A program made the translations under genes and the position numbers. From the IMG/VR virus record IMGVR_UViG_3300005239_000257: a stretch of 48,370 nt of DNA; one strand, given 5' to 3'. The stretch's first letter is position 1; every line of letters begins with the position of its first letter. Under the pieces are notes generated by a model that worked only from the letters and a program-made list of their open reading frames with translations, was not told where the DNA came from and made no database searches. The stretch comes from an uncultured virus (IMG/VR IMGVR_UViG_3300005239_000257) (taxonomy: Duplodnaviria; Heunggongvirae; Uroviricota; Caudoviricetes; Crassvirales). Positions 27,930 through 36,932 of this stretch are shown here, piece by piece.

Positions 27930-28274
27930 ATGAAACATTTTAATGAATCTGAATTTAATAACTTTGACAAAATGGACCCTAAGCTCCTTGAGATGCTAGA
28001 TAATCTTAGAGAAGCATATGGATATCCAATTACATTAACATCAACATACAGATCACCTCAACATCCAATAGAGGCGCGTAAGTCTAAACCTGGTGAGCAT
28101 ACTTATGGTGCTGCTGTAGATATGGCGTGTTCAGGAGGTGAAGCTACTTATAGATTAGTTAAAGCTGCAATTGAAGTAGGTTTTAAAAGAATAGGTATAA
28201 GTAGAAAAAATAACTTTGTTCATGTGGGTATAGGTTATGATGGCGCTCCGCCAATGACTATATGGACATACTAA
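27930..28274 (+). CDS. peptidase M15-family endolysin
   Basis: ITLTSTYR, H-x6-D zinc motif (HTYGAAVD), RIGI...FVHV. Confidence 0.88.
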   Translation: MKHFNESEFNNFDKMDPKLLEMLDNLREAYGYPITLTSTYRSPQHPIEARKSKPGEHTYGAAVDMACSGGEATYRLVKAAIEVGFKRIGISRKNNFVHVGIGYDGAPPMTIWTY

Positions 28275-28284
28275 ATTAAATTAA

Positions 28285-28506
28285 ATGGCAAAATTAATAC
28301 GTAAGATCAGTATTGGTACTGACTACAAAAACGAAGCAATGCATTACTCTGTAGGACAAGAAGTTTACGGAGGGCATACTATTTCAGATATACTAGAAGA
28401 AGATGGTTCTTTTAAAATATTTATAACTAAAAACAAAGAAGTACTACCGTGGAAACATTTTAATTCTAACATGGCAGTATCTGTTGAATATAACTTAGAT
28501 TATTAA
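28285..28506 (+). CDS. hypothetical protein
   Basis: 73-aa ORF with AATTA leader, TAATG-coupled downstream. Confidence 0.75.
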   Translation: MAKLIRKISIGTDYKNEAMHYSVGQEVYGGHTISDILEEDGSFKIFITKNKEVLPWKHFNSNMAVSVEYNLDY

Positions 28507-29093
28507 TGCAAGCGCTTTTTGATTATATAATATCTACTGAAAATCGTTATAATAATACAGTAGATGTTGATGATAAAAAATTAATTGTTAACACAGAAAT
28601 TACAGAACGTGATCACATTTTTGTTAATCGTATTGGTACTGTTCATAGTTGCCCTATTGCAACCAAAACAAAAATAAATAAAGGAGATAAAGTTATACTA
28701 CATCATAATGTATTTAGAAGGTGGTATGACTCTCATGGCCAAGAGCGAAATTCAGCTAGTTACATTGGTGAAGATAAGTATGTTGTAGCTGACGATCAAA
28801 TATATGCTTATAAAAAAAATGGCAAATGGAAATGTTTACCAGAATATTGTTTTATAAAACCTTTATATAAAAATAGTAAATGGTCTCTTAGAGCTGATGA
28901 AAATTTATCTGGTGAGCTAGTTTACTTGAATGAATATTTAGAGCAGCTAGGGTTATCTAAAGGATCGATAGTGGGGTTTACGCCTAACTCTGAATATGAG
29001 TTTAATATAGATGGTCAAAAATTATATCGTGTATTATCAAATCAAATAACAATAGACTATGGATCGAAGACAAAAAATAGTTCAAGCAGCTGA
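28506..29093 (+). CDS. GroES-like protein (possible tandem GroES-fold domains)
   Basis: GTVHSCP...INKGDKVILHH and LSKGSIVGF...IDGQKLYRV resemble two GroES-type barrels. Confidence 0.55.
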   Translation: MQALFDYIISTENRYNNTVDVDDKKLIVNTEITERDHIFVNRIGTVHSCPIATKTKINKGDKVILHHNVFRRWYDSHGQERNSASYIGEDKYVVADDQIYAYKKNGKWKCLPEYCFIKPLYKNSKWSLRADENLSGELVYLNEYLEQLGLSKGSIVGFTPNSEYEFNIDGQKLYRVLSNQITIDYGSKTKNSSSS

Positions 29094-29301
29094 AAAAGCA
29101 TTAGTTGAATTAGATAAAGTTATAAGACAAAAAATTGATTTAGTTGAACTAGATCCTGAAAAAGCAAAAACAGCAGCTCAAGCTAAATGGGTTGCTATAG
29201 AAGATTCTTTAAAAATAGTTGAAAAAATAGAGCAATTAACAGAAACAAAAAGCGACAAAGAAACAAAAACTTTTTTAGGTGTTGAAAATAGAATTAAGTA
29301 A
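29059..29301 (+). CDS. putative terminase small subunit / hypothetical
   Basis: Helical 80-aa protein immediately upstream of and coupled to terL. Confidence 0.45.
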   Translation: MDRRQKIVQAAEKALVELDKVIRQKIDLVELDPEKAKTAAQAKWVAIEDSLKIVEKIEQLTETKSDKETKTFLGVENRIK

Positions 29302-31532
29302 TGTATAAGCAGACTTTATATACTATTGATAGACAGCACTTAGCTGATAAAAAAATTAAACACACTAATAAGCATAAAAACTTTGCATATGGTTATAATG
29401 AAGATTTAGACTGTGTTATAATAAGCAAAGACGGTACTTTAGGTGATATATATAATATTCAAGGTCTTAAGGTAGGATTACCTCAAACTCCAACTAAAAT
29501 AGATGGAAAAGATCTTAATAATAAAGAACAATATTTTAAAATACCAAATAAACCAGAATCTTTAAACAAAATAAAAACTATATATGATTTTCAAAATTGT
29601 TCAGAAGATATTAAAGAAAAATACTATAGTTATATTGATGTTGAATTTAACTGTAGGGATGTTGGTTATTGGTTCATGTGCAACGGTGAAGCGAACTACA
29701 TTACAGGATCGCACTATGTCTATCTCACTTGGACAAAGATCGACGTGGGAGCACCAGACTTTAGACAGGCGAATAGAATCTTTTATTACTTCTGGGAGGC
29801 ATGTAAGGCAGATAAAAGATCTTATGGAATGTGCTACCTCAAGAATAGACGGTCTGGCTTTAGCTTCATGGCATCCTCAGAGACTGTTAACTTGGCAACA
29901 ACTTCCAAGGACTCTAGATTTGGGGTCTTATCTAAAACTGGAGCAGATGCAAAGAAGATGTTTACAGACAAGATTGTACCCATATCGATCAACTATCCAT
30001 TTTTTTTCAAACCAATACAGGATGGGATGGAACGACCAAAGACGGAGCTATCCTATAAGATACCGTCAAGAAGACTTACCAGAAACGCCATTAAAGAAAA
30101 CTATAGTCAGGAGGAATTTGGGCAGGGGCTCGACACCACGATCGACTGGAAGAATACGGGAGACAACTCGTATGATGGAGAAAAGTTACAACTCCTCGTC
30201 CATGATGAATCGGGTAAATGGGAGAGGCCGGACAATATACTCAACAACTGGAGGGTCACAAAGACGTGCCTCAGGCTTGGAGCACGAATAGTAGGGAAAT
30301 GTATGATGGGATCTACATCTAATGCTTTAGCAAAAGGTGGAGATAACTTTAAAAAATTATTTTATAATTCAGATGTTACAAACAGAAATCGCAATGGCCA
30401 GACTGCAAGTGGATTATATTCTTTGTTCATACCTATGGAGTGGGGATACGAAGGTTTTATCGATAAGTTCGGATATCCTGTCTTCGACACACCAACAGAA
30501 CCGCTTGAAGGAATTGATGGAGAAAAAATTTTTAACGGAGTCATCGATCATTGGGAAAATGAAGTAGAAGGATTAAAGCACGATAGTGATGCTTTAAATG
30601 AATACTATAGACAATTTCCAAGATCTGAAAAACATGCATTTAGAGATGAAACAATTAATTCTTTATTTAATCTAACTAAAATATACGAACAAATAGATTT
30701 TAATGAAGAAATGACAATGGCTGGTCATGTTGTTCAAGGTACTTTTTCTTGGAAAAATGGAATAAAAGATACTGAAGTCATATGGATACCCAGTAAAAAT
30801 GGTAGATTTAAAGTGGCTTGGATACCACCAGTTAATATACAAAATAATAGTATTTTAAAAAATGGTTTAAAATATCCTGGCAACAAAGGCTTAGGTGCTT
30901 TTGGATGTGATTCATATGATATATCAGGAACAGTTAGTGGCAGCGGATCTAACGGTGCATTGCACGGACTAACAACATTTTCAATGGTTAGTGATGTTCC
31001 TAACAGTAAGTTTTTTTTAGAATATGTAGCTAGACCTCAAACCGCTGAAATATTTTTTGAAGAAGTATTAATGGCATTAGTATTTTATGGTATGCCAATA
31101 CTTGCAGAAAACAATAAACCTAGATTATTATATCATTTAAAAAGAAGAGGTTATAGAGGTTATTCAATGAATAGGCCAGATAAGTTAGTTGGTAATTTAT
31201 CTAAAACAGAACTAGAACTAGGAGGTATTCCTAACTCTTCAGAAGATATAAAACAAGCTCATGCTGCTGCTATAGAATCTTATATAGAAGAATATGTGGG
31301 TGCATTTAATGAAAACCATGGTAACATGTTTTTTCAAAGAACATTAGAAGACTGGGCTAAATTTGATATATCAAAAAGAACAGCATATGATGCTTCAATA
31401 AGTAGTGGCTTAGCTATAATGGCATGTCGAAAACATTTATATCGCCCAAGAGCGGAAAGAACAGTTAAAAAACTTGATTTTGCATTTTCAAAATATAAAA
31501 ATGAAGGATCAAGAAGTGAGTTAATAAAATAA
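29301..31532 (+). CDS. terL: terminase large subunit
   Basis: Walker A-like KNRRSGFS, Walker B LLVHDESGKW, motif III GSTSN, nuclease GCDSYD and YDASIS; precedes portal. Confidence 0.92.
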   Translation: MYKQTLYTIDRQHLADKKIKHTNKHKNFAYGYNEDLDCVIISKDGTLGDIYNIQGLKVGLPQTPTKIDGKDLNNKEQYFKIPNKPESLNKIKTIYDFQNCSEDIKEKYYSYIDVEFNCRDVGYWFMCNGEANYITGSHYVYLTWTKIDVGAPDFRQANRIFYYFWEACKADKRSYGMCYLKNRRSGFSFMASSETVNLATTSKDSRFGVLSKTGADAKKMFTDKIVPISINYPFFFKPIQDGMERPKTELSYKIPSRRLTRNAIKENYSQEEFGQGLDTTIDWKNTGDNSYDGEKLQLLVHDESGKWERPDNILNNWRVTKTCLRLGARIVGKCMMGSTSNALAKGGDNFKKLFYNSDVTNRNRNGQTASGLYSLFIPMEWGYEGFIDKFGYPVFDTPTEPLEGIDGEKIFNGVIDHWENEVEGLKHDSDALNEYYRQFPRSEKHAFRDETINSLFNLTKIYEQIDFNEEMTMAGHVVQGTFSWKNGIKDTEVIWIPSKNGRFKVAWIPPVNIQNNSILKNGLKYPGNKGLGAFGCDSYDISGTVSGSGSNGALHGLTTFSMVSDVPNSKFFLEYVARPQTAEIFFEEVLMALVFYGMPILAENNKPRLLYHLKRRGYRGYSMNRPDKLVGNLSKTELELGGIPNSSEDIKQAHAAAIESYIEEYVGAFNENHGNMFFQRTLEDWAKFDISKRTAYDASISSGLAIMACRKHLYRPRAERTVKKLDFAFSKYKNEGSRSELIK
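29584..30291 (+). CDS. candidate overprinted lipoprotein in +1 frame of terL
   Basis: 235 stop-free codons; Lys-rich n-region, hydrophobic h-region, VIGS|C at codon 32; terL codons here avoid creating +1 stops. Confidence 0.5.
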   Translation: MIFKIVQKILKKNTIVILMLNLTVGMLVIGSCATVKRTTLQDRTMSISLGQRSTWEHQTLDRRIESFITSGRHVRQIKDLMECATSRIDGLALASWHPQRLLTWQQLPRTLDLGSYLKLEQMQRRCLQTRLYPYRSTIHFFSNQYRMGWNDQRRSYPIRYRQEDLPETPLKKTIVRRNLGRGSTPRSTGRIRETTRMMEKSYNSSSMMNRVNGRGRTIYSTTGGSQRRASGLEHE

Positions 31533-31534
31533 AT

Positions 31535-33949
31535 ATGGCAAAAATAACAGCGAAAAATTACGCATTCCCTAGTCAAGCGGTATCTGACTCTGTAAAAAAG
31601 ACCCAAGAGTATGGTCTATCAGTAGGTAGAGCTATTGAACAAGAGTGGTTTAACAAAGACAACAACGGGGTTAGCAGATTTTATAACTCTAGAGAAGAGT
31701 GCCATAGACTTAGACTGTATGCAAGAGGTGAACAATCTATTAAAAAATATAAAGATGAATTTGCTATTAATGGTGATTTATCTTATTTAAACTTAGACTG
31801 GAAACCTGTACCTATAGTTCCTAAATTTGTTGACATAGTTGTTAATGGAATGCAAGATAGAACTTTTACTATAAAAGCTGTTGGACAAGATGCATTATCT
31901 ACAGGTAAAAGAACTAAATTTGTAAATGATGTACAGCAAGATTTAAATACAGCTGATTTACTTTTAAAAATAGAACAACAATTAGGTGTATCAGCTAGAA
32001 ACTTTGCCGTAAATGAACTTCCAGCTAACACAGAAGAGCTTGAGTTATATATGCAGCTTAATTATAAGCAAGGTATTGAATTAGCAGAAGAGCAAGCAAT
32101 AGAAAATATATTTAAATCTAATGGTTATGATCAAACAAAACGTAGGGTAGATTATGATATTGCAACTATAGGTATTGGATGTGCTAAACATGGCTTTAAT
32201 AATACAGATGGTGTTGTAATTGATTATGTAGATCCAGCTAATTTAGTTTGGTCTTACACAGAAGATCCTAATTTTGAAGACTGTTATTATTTTGGTGAAG
32301 TAAAAAACATAAAAGTAAATGAACTTAAAAAAGAATTTCCTGGCTTAAGTAATCCAGAAATATCTGAGTTGGTAAAAAAAGGATCAAATTGGAACGTATA
32401 TAATACTTATAATCCTCAAGATTATTATACTAACGATTCATTGTCTCAAAATAATACTTTAACGGTATTATATTTTAATTGGAAGACTTGGGAACACGAT
32501 GTTTATAAAATAAAAGAAGTTTCTACTGGTGCTAAAAAAGCTATTGAAAAAGATGATTCTTTTGATCCACCAGAGGATAATGTAAGATTTGAGAAAGTAA
32601 AACAAACTAGAGAAGTAATTTACGAAGGAGTTTTAGTTTTAGGTACAGATCAATTACTTAAATGGCAAAAGGCTACAAACATGGTAAGGCCTAATGCTAA
32701 TATAAACAAAGTAATGATGAATTATGTTGCAAGTGCACCTAGGATGTATAAAGGCAATATAAATTCTTTAGTAGCAAAAATGACACCTTATGCTGATTTA
32801 ATTCAGTTAACACATTTAAAATTACAACAAGCTATACAAAGAATGACACCATCAGGTGTTTATTTAGATGCTGATGGTTTAGCTGAAATAGATCTTGGTA
32901 ATGGAAATAATTATAATCCACAAGAGGCATTAAACATGTATTTTCAGACTGGTTCTATTATAGGTAGATCTTTAAATGTAGAAGGTGATCCTAATCCTGG
33001 TAGAGTTCCTATAACAGAATTACCAGGCAGTGGTGGTTCTCAAGTTCAAGTTTTAGTTGGCGCTTACAACCAGTACATACAAATGATGAGAGACGTTACT
33101 GGACTTAATGAAGCAAGAGATGGTTCTGATCCAGATCCAAATTCTTTAGTAGGAGTACAAAAGCTTGCTGCTGCAAATAGTAATGTTGCTACTAGACATA
33201 TACTTTATAGTAGTATGTTTATAACAACTTCATTAGCTGAAGCAATATCTTTAAGGTTTAAAGATGTGTTAGAGTTTCATCCAACAAAAGAATCTTTAAT
33301 AGATTCTATAGGTCAATTTTCAGTAGGATCACTTGAAGAAGTTAAAAATTTAAACCTACACGACTTTGGTATATTTTTAGAATTAGAGCCTGATGAAGAT
33401 GAAAAAGCTTTATTAGAAGCTAATATACAAATGGCATTATCAAAAGGTGATATATTCTTAGAAGATGCTATTGACATAAGAGAGGTTAAAAACGTAAAAC
33501 TAGCGAATCAACTATTAAAATTTAGAAGACAAGCTAAGCAAGCTGCTGATCAAGAACAAGCTGCAGCTGCAAGTGCTGCTCAAGCACAGGCTCAAGGTGA
33601 AGCTCAAATAGAAGTTGAATCAGCTAAGGCTCAAGCAGAACAAGTTAAAACAGAATCTAAAATTCAATATAGAAAAGCTGATATTGAATTTGAAATTAAA
33701 AAAATGGAACTTGAAACAAGATCTAAAAAAGAATTAATGCAATATGAATTTAATTTAAATGTTCAACTAAAAGAACTAGAATTAAAATCACAAATGGAAT
33801 TAGCTGAAAGAAGTAATGCTACTGCTTTAGAAAAAGAAGCAATGAAAATTAGCGGAGCTCCTAATACAGATAATCCAACTAAAGACTTTGAATCAAAAGG
33901 CAATGATACCTTAGGTGGCTTTGATATGGGAAGATTTGAAGCATCTTAA
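31535..33949 (+). CDS. portal protein
   Basis: 804 aa directly after terL; PIVPKFVDIVVNG, VDPANL, DVTGLNEARDG motifs; C-terminal coiled coil. Confidence 0.88.
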   Translation: MAKITAKNYAFPSQAVSDSVKKTQEYGLSVGRAIEQEWFNKDNNGVSRFYNSREECHRLRLYARGEQSIKKYKDEFAINGDLSYLNLDWKPVPIVPKFVDIVVNGMQDRTFTIKAVGQDALSTGKRTKFVNDVQQDLNTADLLLKIEQQLGVSARNFAVNELPANTEELELYMQLNYKQGIELAEEQAIENIFKSNGYDQTKRRVDYDIATIGIGCAKHGFNNTDGVVIDYVDPANLVWSYTEDPNFEDCYYFGEVKNIKVNELKKEFPGLSNPEISELVKKGSNWNVYNTYNPQDYYTNDSLSQNNTLTVLYFNWKTWEHDVYKIKEVSTGAKKAIEKDDSFDPPEDNVRFEKVKQTREVIYEGVLVLGTDQLLKWQKATNMVRPNANINKVMMNYVASAPRMYKGNINSLVAKMTPYADLIQLTHLKLQQAIQRMTPSGVYLDADGLAEIDLGNGNNYNPQEALNMYFQTGSIIGRSLNVEGDPNPGRVPITELPGSGGSQVQVLVGAYNQYIQMMRDVTGLNEARDGSDPDPNSLVGVQKLAAANSNVATRHILYSSMFITTSLAEAISLRFKDVLEFHPTKESLIDSIGQFSVGSLEEVKNLNLHDFGIFLELEPDEDEKALLEANIQMALSKGDIFLEDAIDIREVKNVKLANQLLKFRRQAKQAADQEQAAAASAAQAQAQGEAQIEVESAKAQAEQVKTESKIQYRKADIEFEIKKMELETRSKKELMQYEFNLNVQLKELELKSQMELAERSNATALEKEAMKISGAPNTDNPTKDFESKGNDTLGGFDMGRFEAS

Positions 33950-33980
33950 AAATTAAACAACTATTATATTATATAAAATT

Positions 33981-35243
33981 ATGGAAAACAATACAGAAGA
34001 AAAAATAGAAGTTAAAACAGTAGATTCATCAGAAGATATTGTTATAACTCCTCAAGAAAAAGAAGCCGCTGTTCTTGAACAAGCTGTTGAATCTGGTGAG
34101 GTCAGCAAGGAATATGGACTTCAAGAAGATGGAGTTTATAAAATAAATGTTGACAAAGAACCTAATAAAAAAGAAGATAATGCCATTCAAGAGCGAGAAA
34201 CAACGGAGGTACCTGTGGGCGAACGAACCGGAGATAGCCAAGAAGTGGACGGCGAAGTACGGGTCGAATCCAATCAAGAAGATAATTCCAAAGAACAAGA
34301 AGTAGAACAAACAACAGATGAATCTCCTTTAGAATTAGTAAAAGAAGAAACAGAAGTTGAACAAAAAGAAGTAGAAGAAAAACCTACTGCTTTAACTAAA
34401 GAAGAAATAGTACAAGATACTAATATAGAACTACCTGAAGGTGTTGATAAACTTATAAAGTTTATGGAAGACACTGGTGGAACTGTAGAAGATTACACTA
34501 GACTTAATAGAGATATTGACAAAATAGATAATATAAGTTTAGTTAGAGAGTACTATGAATACACAAAACCGCATTTAAACAAAGAAGATGTTGATTTTTT
34601 AATGGACAAAAACTTTGCTTATGATAAAGAAGAAGACGAAGAGTCTGATATTAAAGCTAAGCAATTAGCTTTTAAAGAAGAGTTATTTAATGCTAAAAAC
34701 ACTTTTAATAAAGTAAAAGACCAATATTATAATGATCTTAAGTTAAGAAAAAAAGATAATATTGATCCACAATATACGGAAGCATTTGAGTATTATAATA
34801 AACAAAAGCAACAACAAGAAGCTAGAACAAAATTCGCAAAAGATTTTAACAATAAAACTAATAAAGTATTTTCTGACAATTTCAAAGGTTTTGATTTTAA
34901 TGTTGGAGAAAACAAATATAGATTTAAAGTTGAAAATCCTCAAAAAACAAAAAAGTTCCAGTCTGATATTACAAATTTTTTAAACCAATTTGAAGGTGAT
35001 GGTGGTGCAAAAGATGTGGATAAATACCATAAAGCACTATTTGCTGCTCAAAATGCAGATAAAATAGCTAATCATTTTTATGAACAAGGCCGTGCCGATG
35101 CCATAAAAGATTCAGCTAGAAAAGCAAAAAATATAAACATGGATCCTAGAAGCGATGCATCTTCAATAACCACAAAATCAGGTGATACAATTAGAGTAGT
35201 CTCAGGCGATTCTTCAGATAAGTTGCGCATTAAATGGAAATAA
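33981..35243 (+). CDS. putative capsid scaffolding protein
   Basis: Very acidic N-terminal half, helical C-terminal half, located between portal and capsid. Confidence 0.7.
   Translation: MENNTEEKIEVKTVDSSEDIVITPQEKEAAVLEQAVESGEVSKEYGLQEDGVYKINVDKEPNKKEDNAIQERETTEVPVGERTGDSQEVDGEVRVESNQEDNSKEQEVEQTTDESPLELVKEETEVEQKEVEEKPTALTKEEIVQDTNIELPEGVDKLIKFMEDTGGTVEDYTRLNRDIDKIDNISLVREYYEYTKPHLNKEDVDFLMDKNFAYDKEEDEESDIKAKQLAFKEELFNAKNTFNKVKDQYYNDLKLRKKDNIDPQYTEAFEYYNKQKQQQEARTKFAKDFNNKTNKVFSDNFKGFDFNVGENKYRFKVENPQKTKKFQSDITNFLNQFEGDGGAKDVDKYHKALFAAQNADKIANHFYEQGRADAIKDSARKAKNINMDPRSDASSITTKSGDTIRVVSGDSSDKLRIKWK
34180..34305 (+). CDS. overprinted 41-aa basic protein in +1 frame of the scaffold gene
   Basis: MPFKSEKQRRYLWANEPEIAKKWTAKYGSNPIKKIIPKNKK; local GC-rich codons; resembles a small phage protein family recalled as stand-alone genes. 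Confidence 0.75.
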   Translation: MPFKSEKQRRYLWANEPEIAKKWTAKYGSNPIKKIIPKNKK

Positions 35244-35269
35244 TAATAACAACTTAAAATCAAAACAAT

Positions 35270-36867
35270 ATGGCTTTTACAGCAGGCATACCAGCCGCTT
35301 TACAACCAACCCAAACTAAAGCAATGTACGGTGGAAACTACATTAATTTCACTGATCCTAACTTTAGTCAATGGACACAACAATTTTTACCAGACGTATA
35401 CGAAAAAGAAGTAGAAAGATATGGAAATCGTTCTATAGGTTCTTTCCTTCGTATGGTGTCTGCGGAGATGCCTTCAACATCAGATCAAATAATCTGGACT
35501 GAGCAAGGTAGATTACATACAAGATATGCAAATGTTATTCCTCGAGGTACAGCAGGAGTAATGCCAGCAGCAGGAGGTGGACAAGCAGTTATTGCTGCAG
35601 CCGCTGCCGCGGGTGGTGTACTAAACTTTGAAATACCAGTTGCTCAACCAGCAAGTGTAGGCCTAACAGCTTCACCAGGCAATACAGTAACTTGTAATTT
35701 TAGAATAGGACAAACAGTAATGGTACAAGTTCAAACTTCAGCTACATCAGCAGTTGGTGGAACTGGCGCTGTTATTAAAGGTGTTGTTACTAATGTTGGA
35801 GTTGGCGCAGGTGCTACAGGAGAAGGACAAATGTTCCAGATTCAAGCATACGCATCTCACGCACAAATTGCAGCAGCGTCTAGAGTTACAGCAATCGTTT
35901 ATGGTTCTGAATTTGCTAAAGGTACAGGAAACTTTACTGAAAAGCTTGATCCAGGATACGCTACGTTTGCAAATGCTCCTATCATTTTAAAAGAAAACTA
36001 TCAAATAAATGGTTCTGATACAGCTCAGATCGGTTGGATTGAAGTTACTTCTGAAAATGGAGCTGGTGGATATTTATGGTATGTTAAATCAGAGCATGAA
36101 AATAGACTACGTTGGGAAGATTATCTTGAAATGTCTATGGTTGAAGGTGTTACAAAAGTAACTGGTGGTGCTAATATTCCACTAGGTACATTTGGCGGAT
36201 CTTTAGCTACACAAAATGCTAGAGGTACTGAAGGTTTCTTTGCGGCTCTTGAAGCACGAGGAAATGTATATCAAGGATTTGGATCTCAAGCAGCTGCACA
36301 AGCAGGTGGTGGAGCATTAACAGATTTTGATGCGGTACTTAAGCAATTAGACAAGCAAGGAGCAATGAAGAAAACATGCTTTTCTTAAATCGTGAACTTT
36401 CTTTAGAAATTGATGATATTCTTGCAATGCAAAATGGTGCATATGCTGGAACAGCTAATCACGCTCATGGTACATCTTATGGTGTATTTAATAATAGTGC
36501 TGATATGGCTCTTAACTTAGGATTCACAGGATACCGAAGAGGTTCTTATGACTTTTACAAAACTGACTGGAAATATTTAAATGACTGGTCAACTCGTGGA
36601 GGTTTTGGAGACATTGAAGGTGTATTAATTCCTGCAGGAACTTCTACAGTTTACGATCAACAATTAGGTCAAAACATCAAGCGACCATTCTTACACATTA
36701 GATATAGAGCTTCAGAAACTGAAAACCGTAAAAACAAATCTTGGATTACAGGATCTGTTGGAACTGGTTCTCCAACTTCTGATATTGATGAAATGAAACT
36801 TAACTACTTAAGTGAAAGATGTCTTATCACTCAAGCGGCTAATAACTTTGTTTTATTCAAAGCTTAA
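35270..36867 (+). CDS. major capsid protein, split by a single frameshift near 36366
   Basis: QQFLPDVYEKEVERYGNR, GWIEV, GGYLWY, RGTEGFF in part 1; LNLGFTGYRRGSYDFYK, YLSERCL in part 2; one added base restores ...KQGA-I-EENMLFL (~532 aa). Confidence 0.85.
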
Positions 36868-36879
36868 TATTTTTTAACC

Positions 36880-36920
36880 AATAGGATACGGGCTCTTCGG
36901 AGCCCAGTATTCTTATTTTA
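36880..36920 (+). terminator. intrinsic terminator-like hairpin after capsid gene
   Basis: GGGCTC-TTCG-GAGCCC (36890-36905, cUUCGg tetraloop), extendable stem and downstream T-rich tract. Confidence 0.8.
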
Positions 36921-36932
36921 TATTATTTAATT

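Noticed and set aside
34762..35990. Other forward alternative-frame ORFs (34762, 35754; also 11090, 16669, 44827)
   Set aside because: Short, arise in regions of biased amino acid composition, show no codon shift and no recognisable motif.
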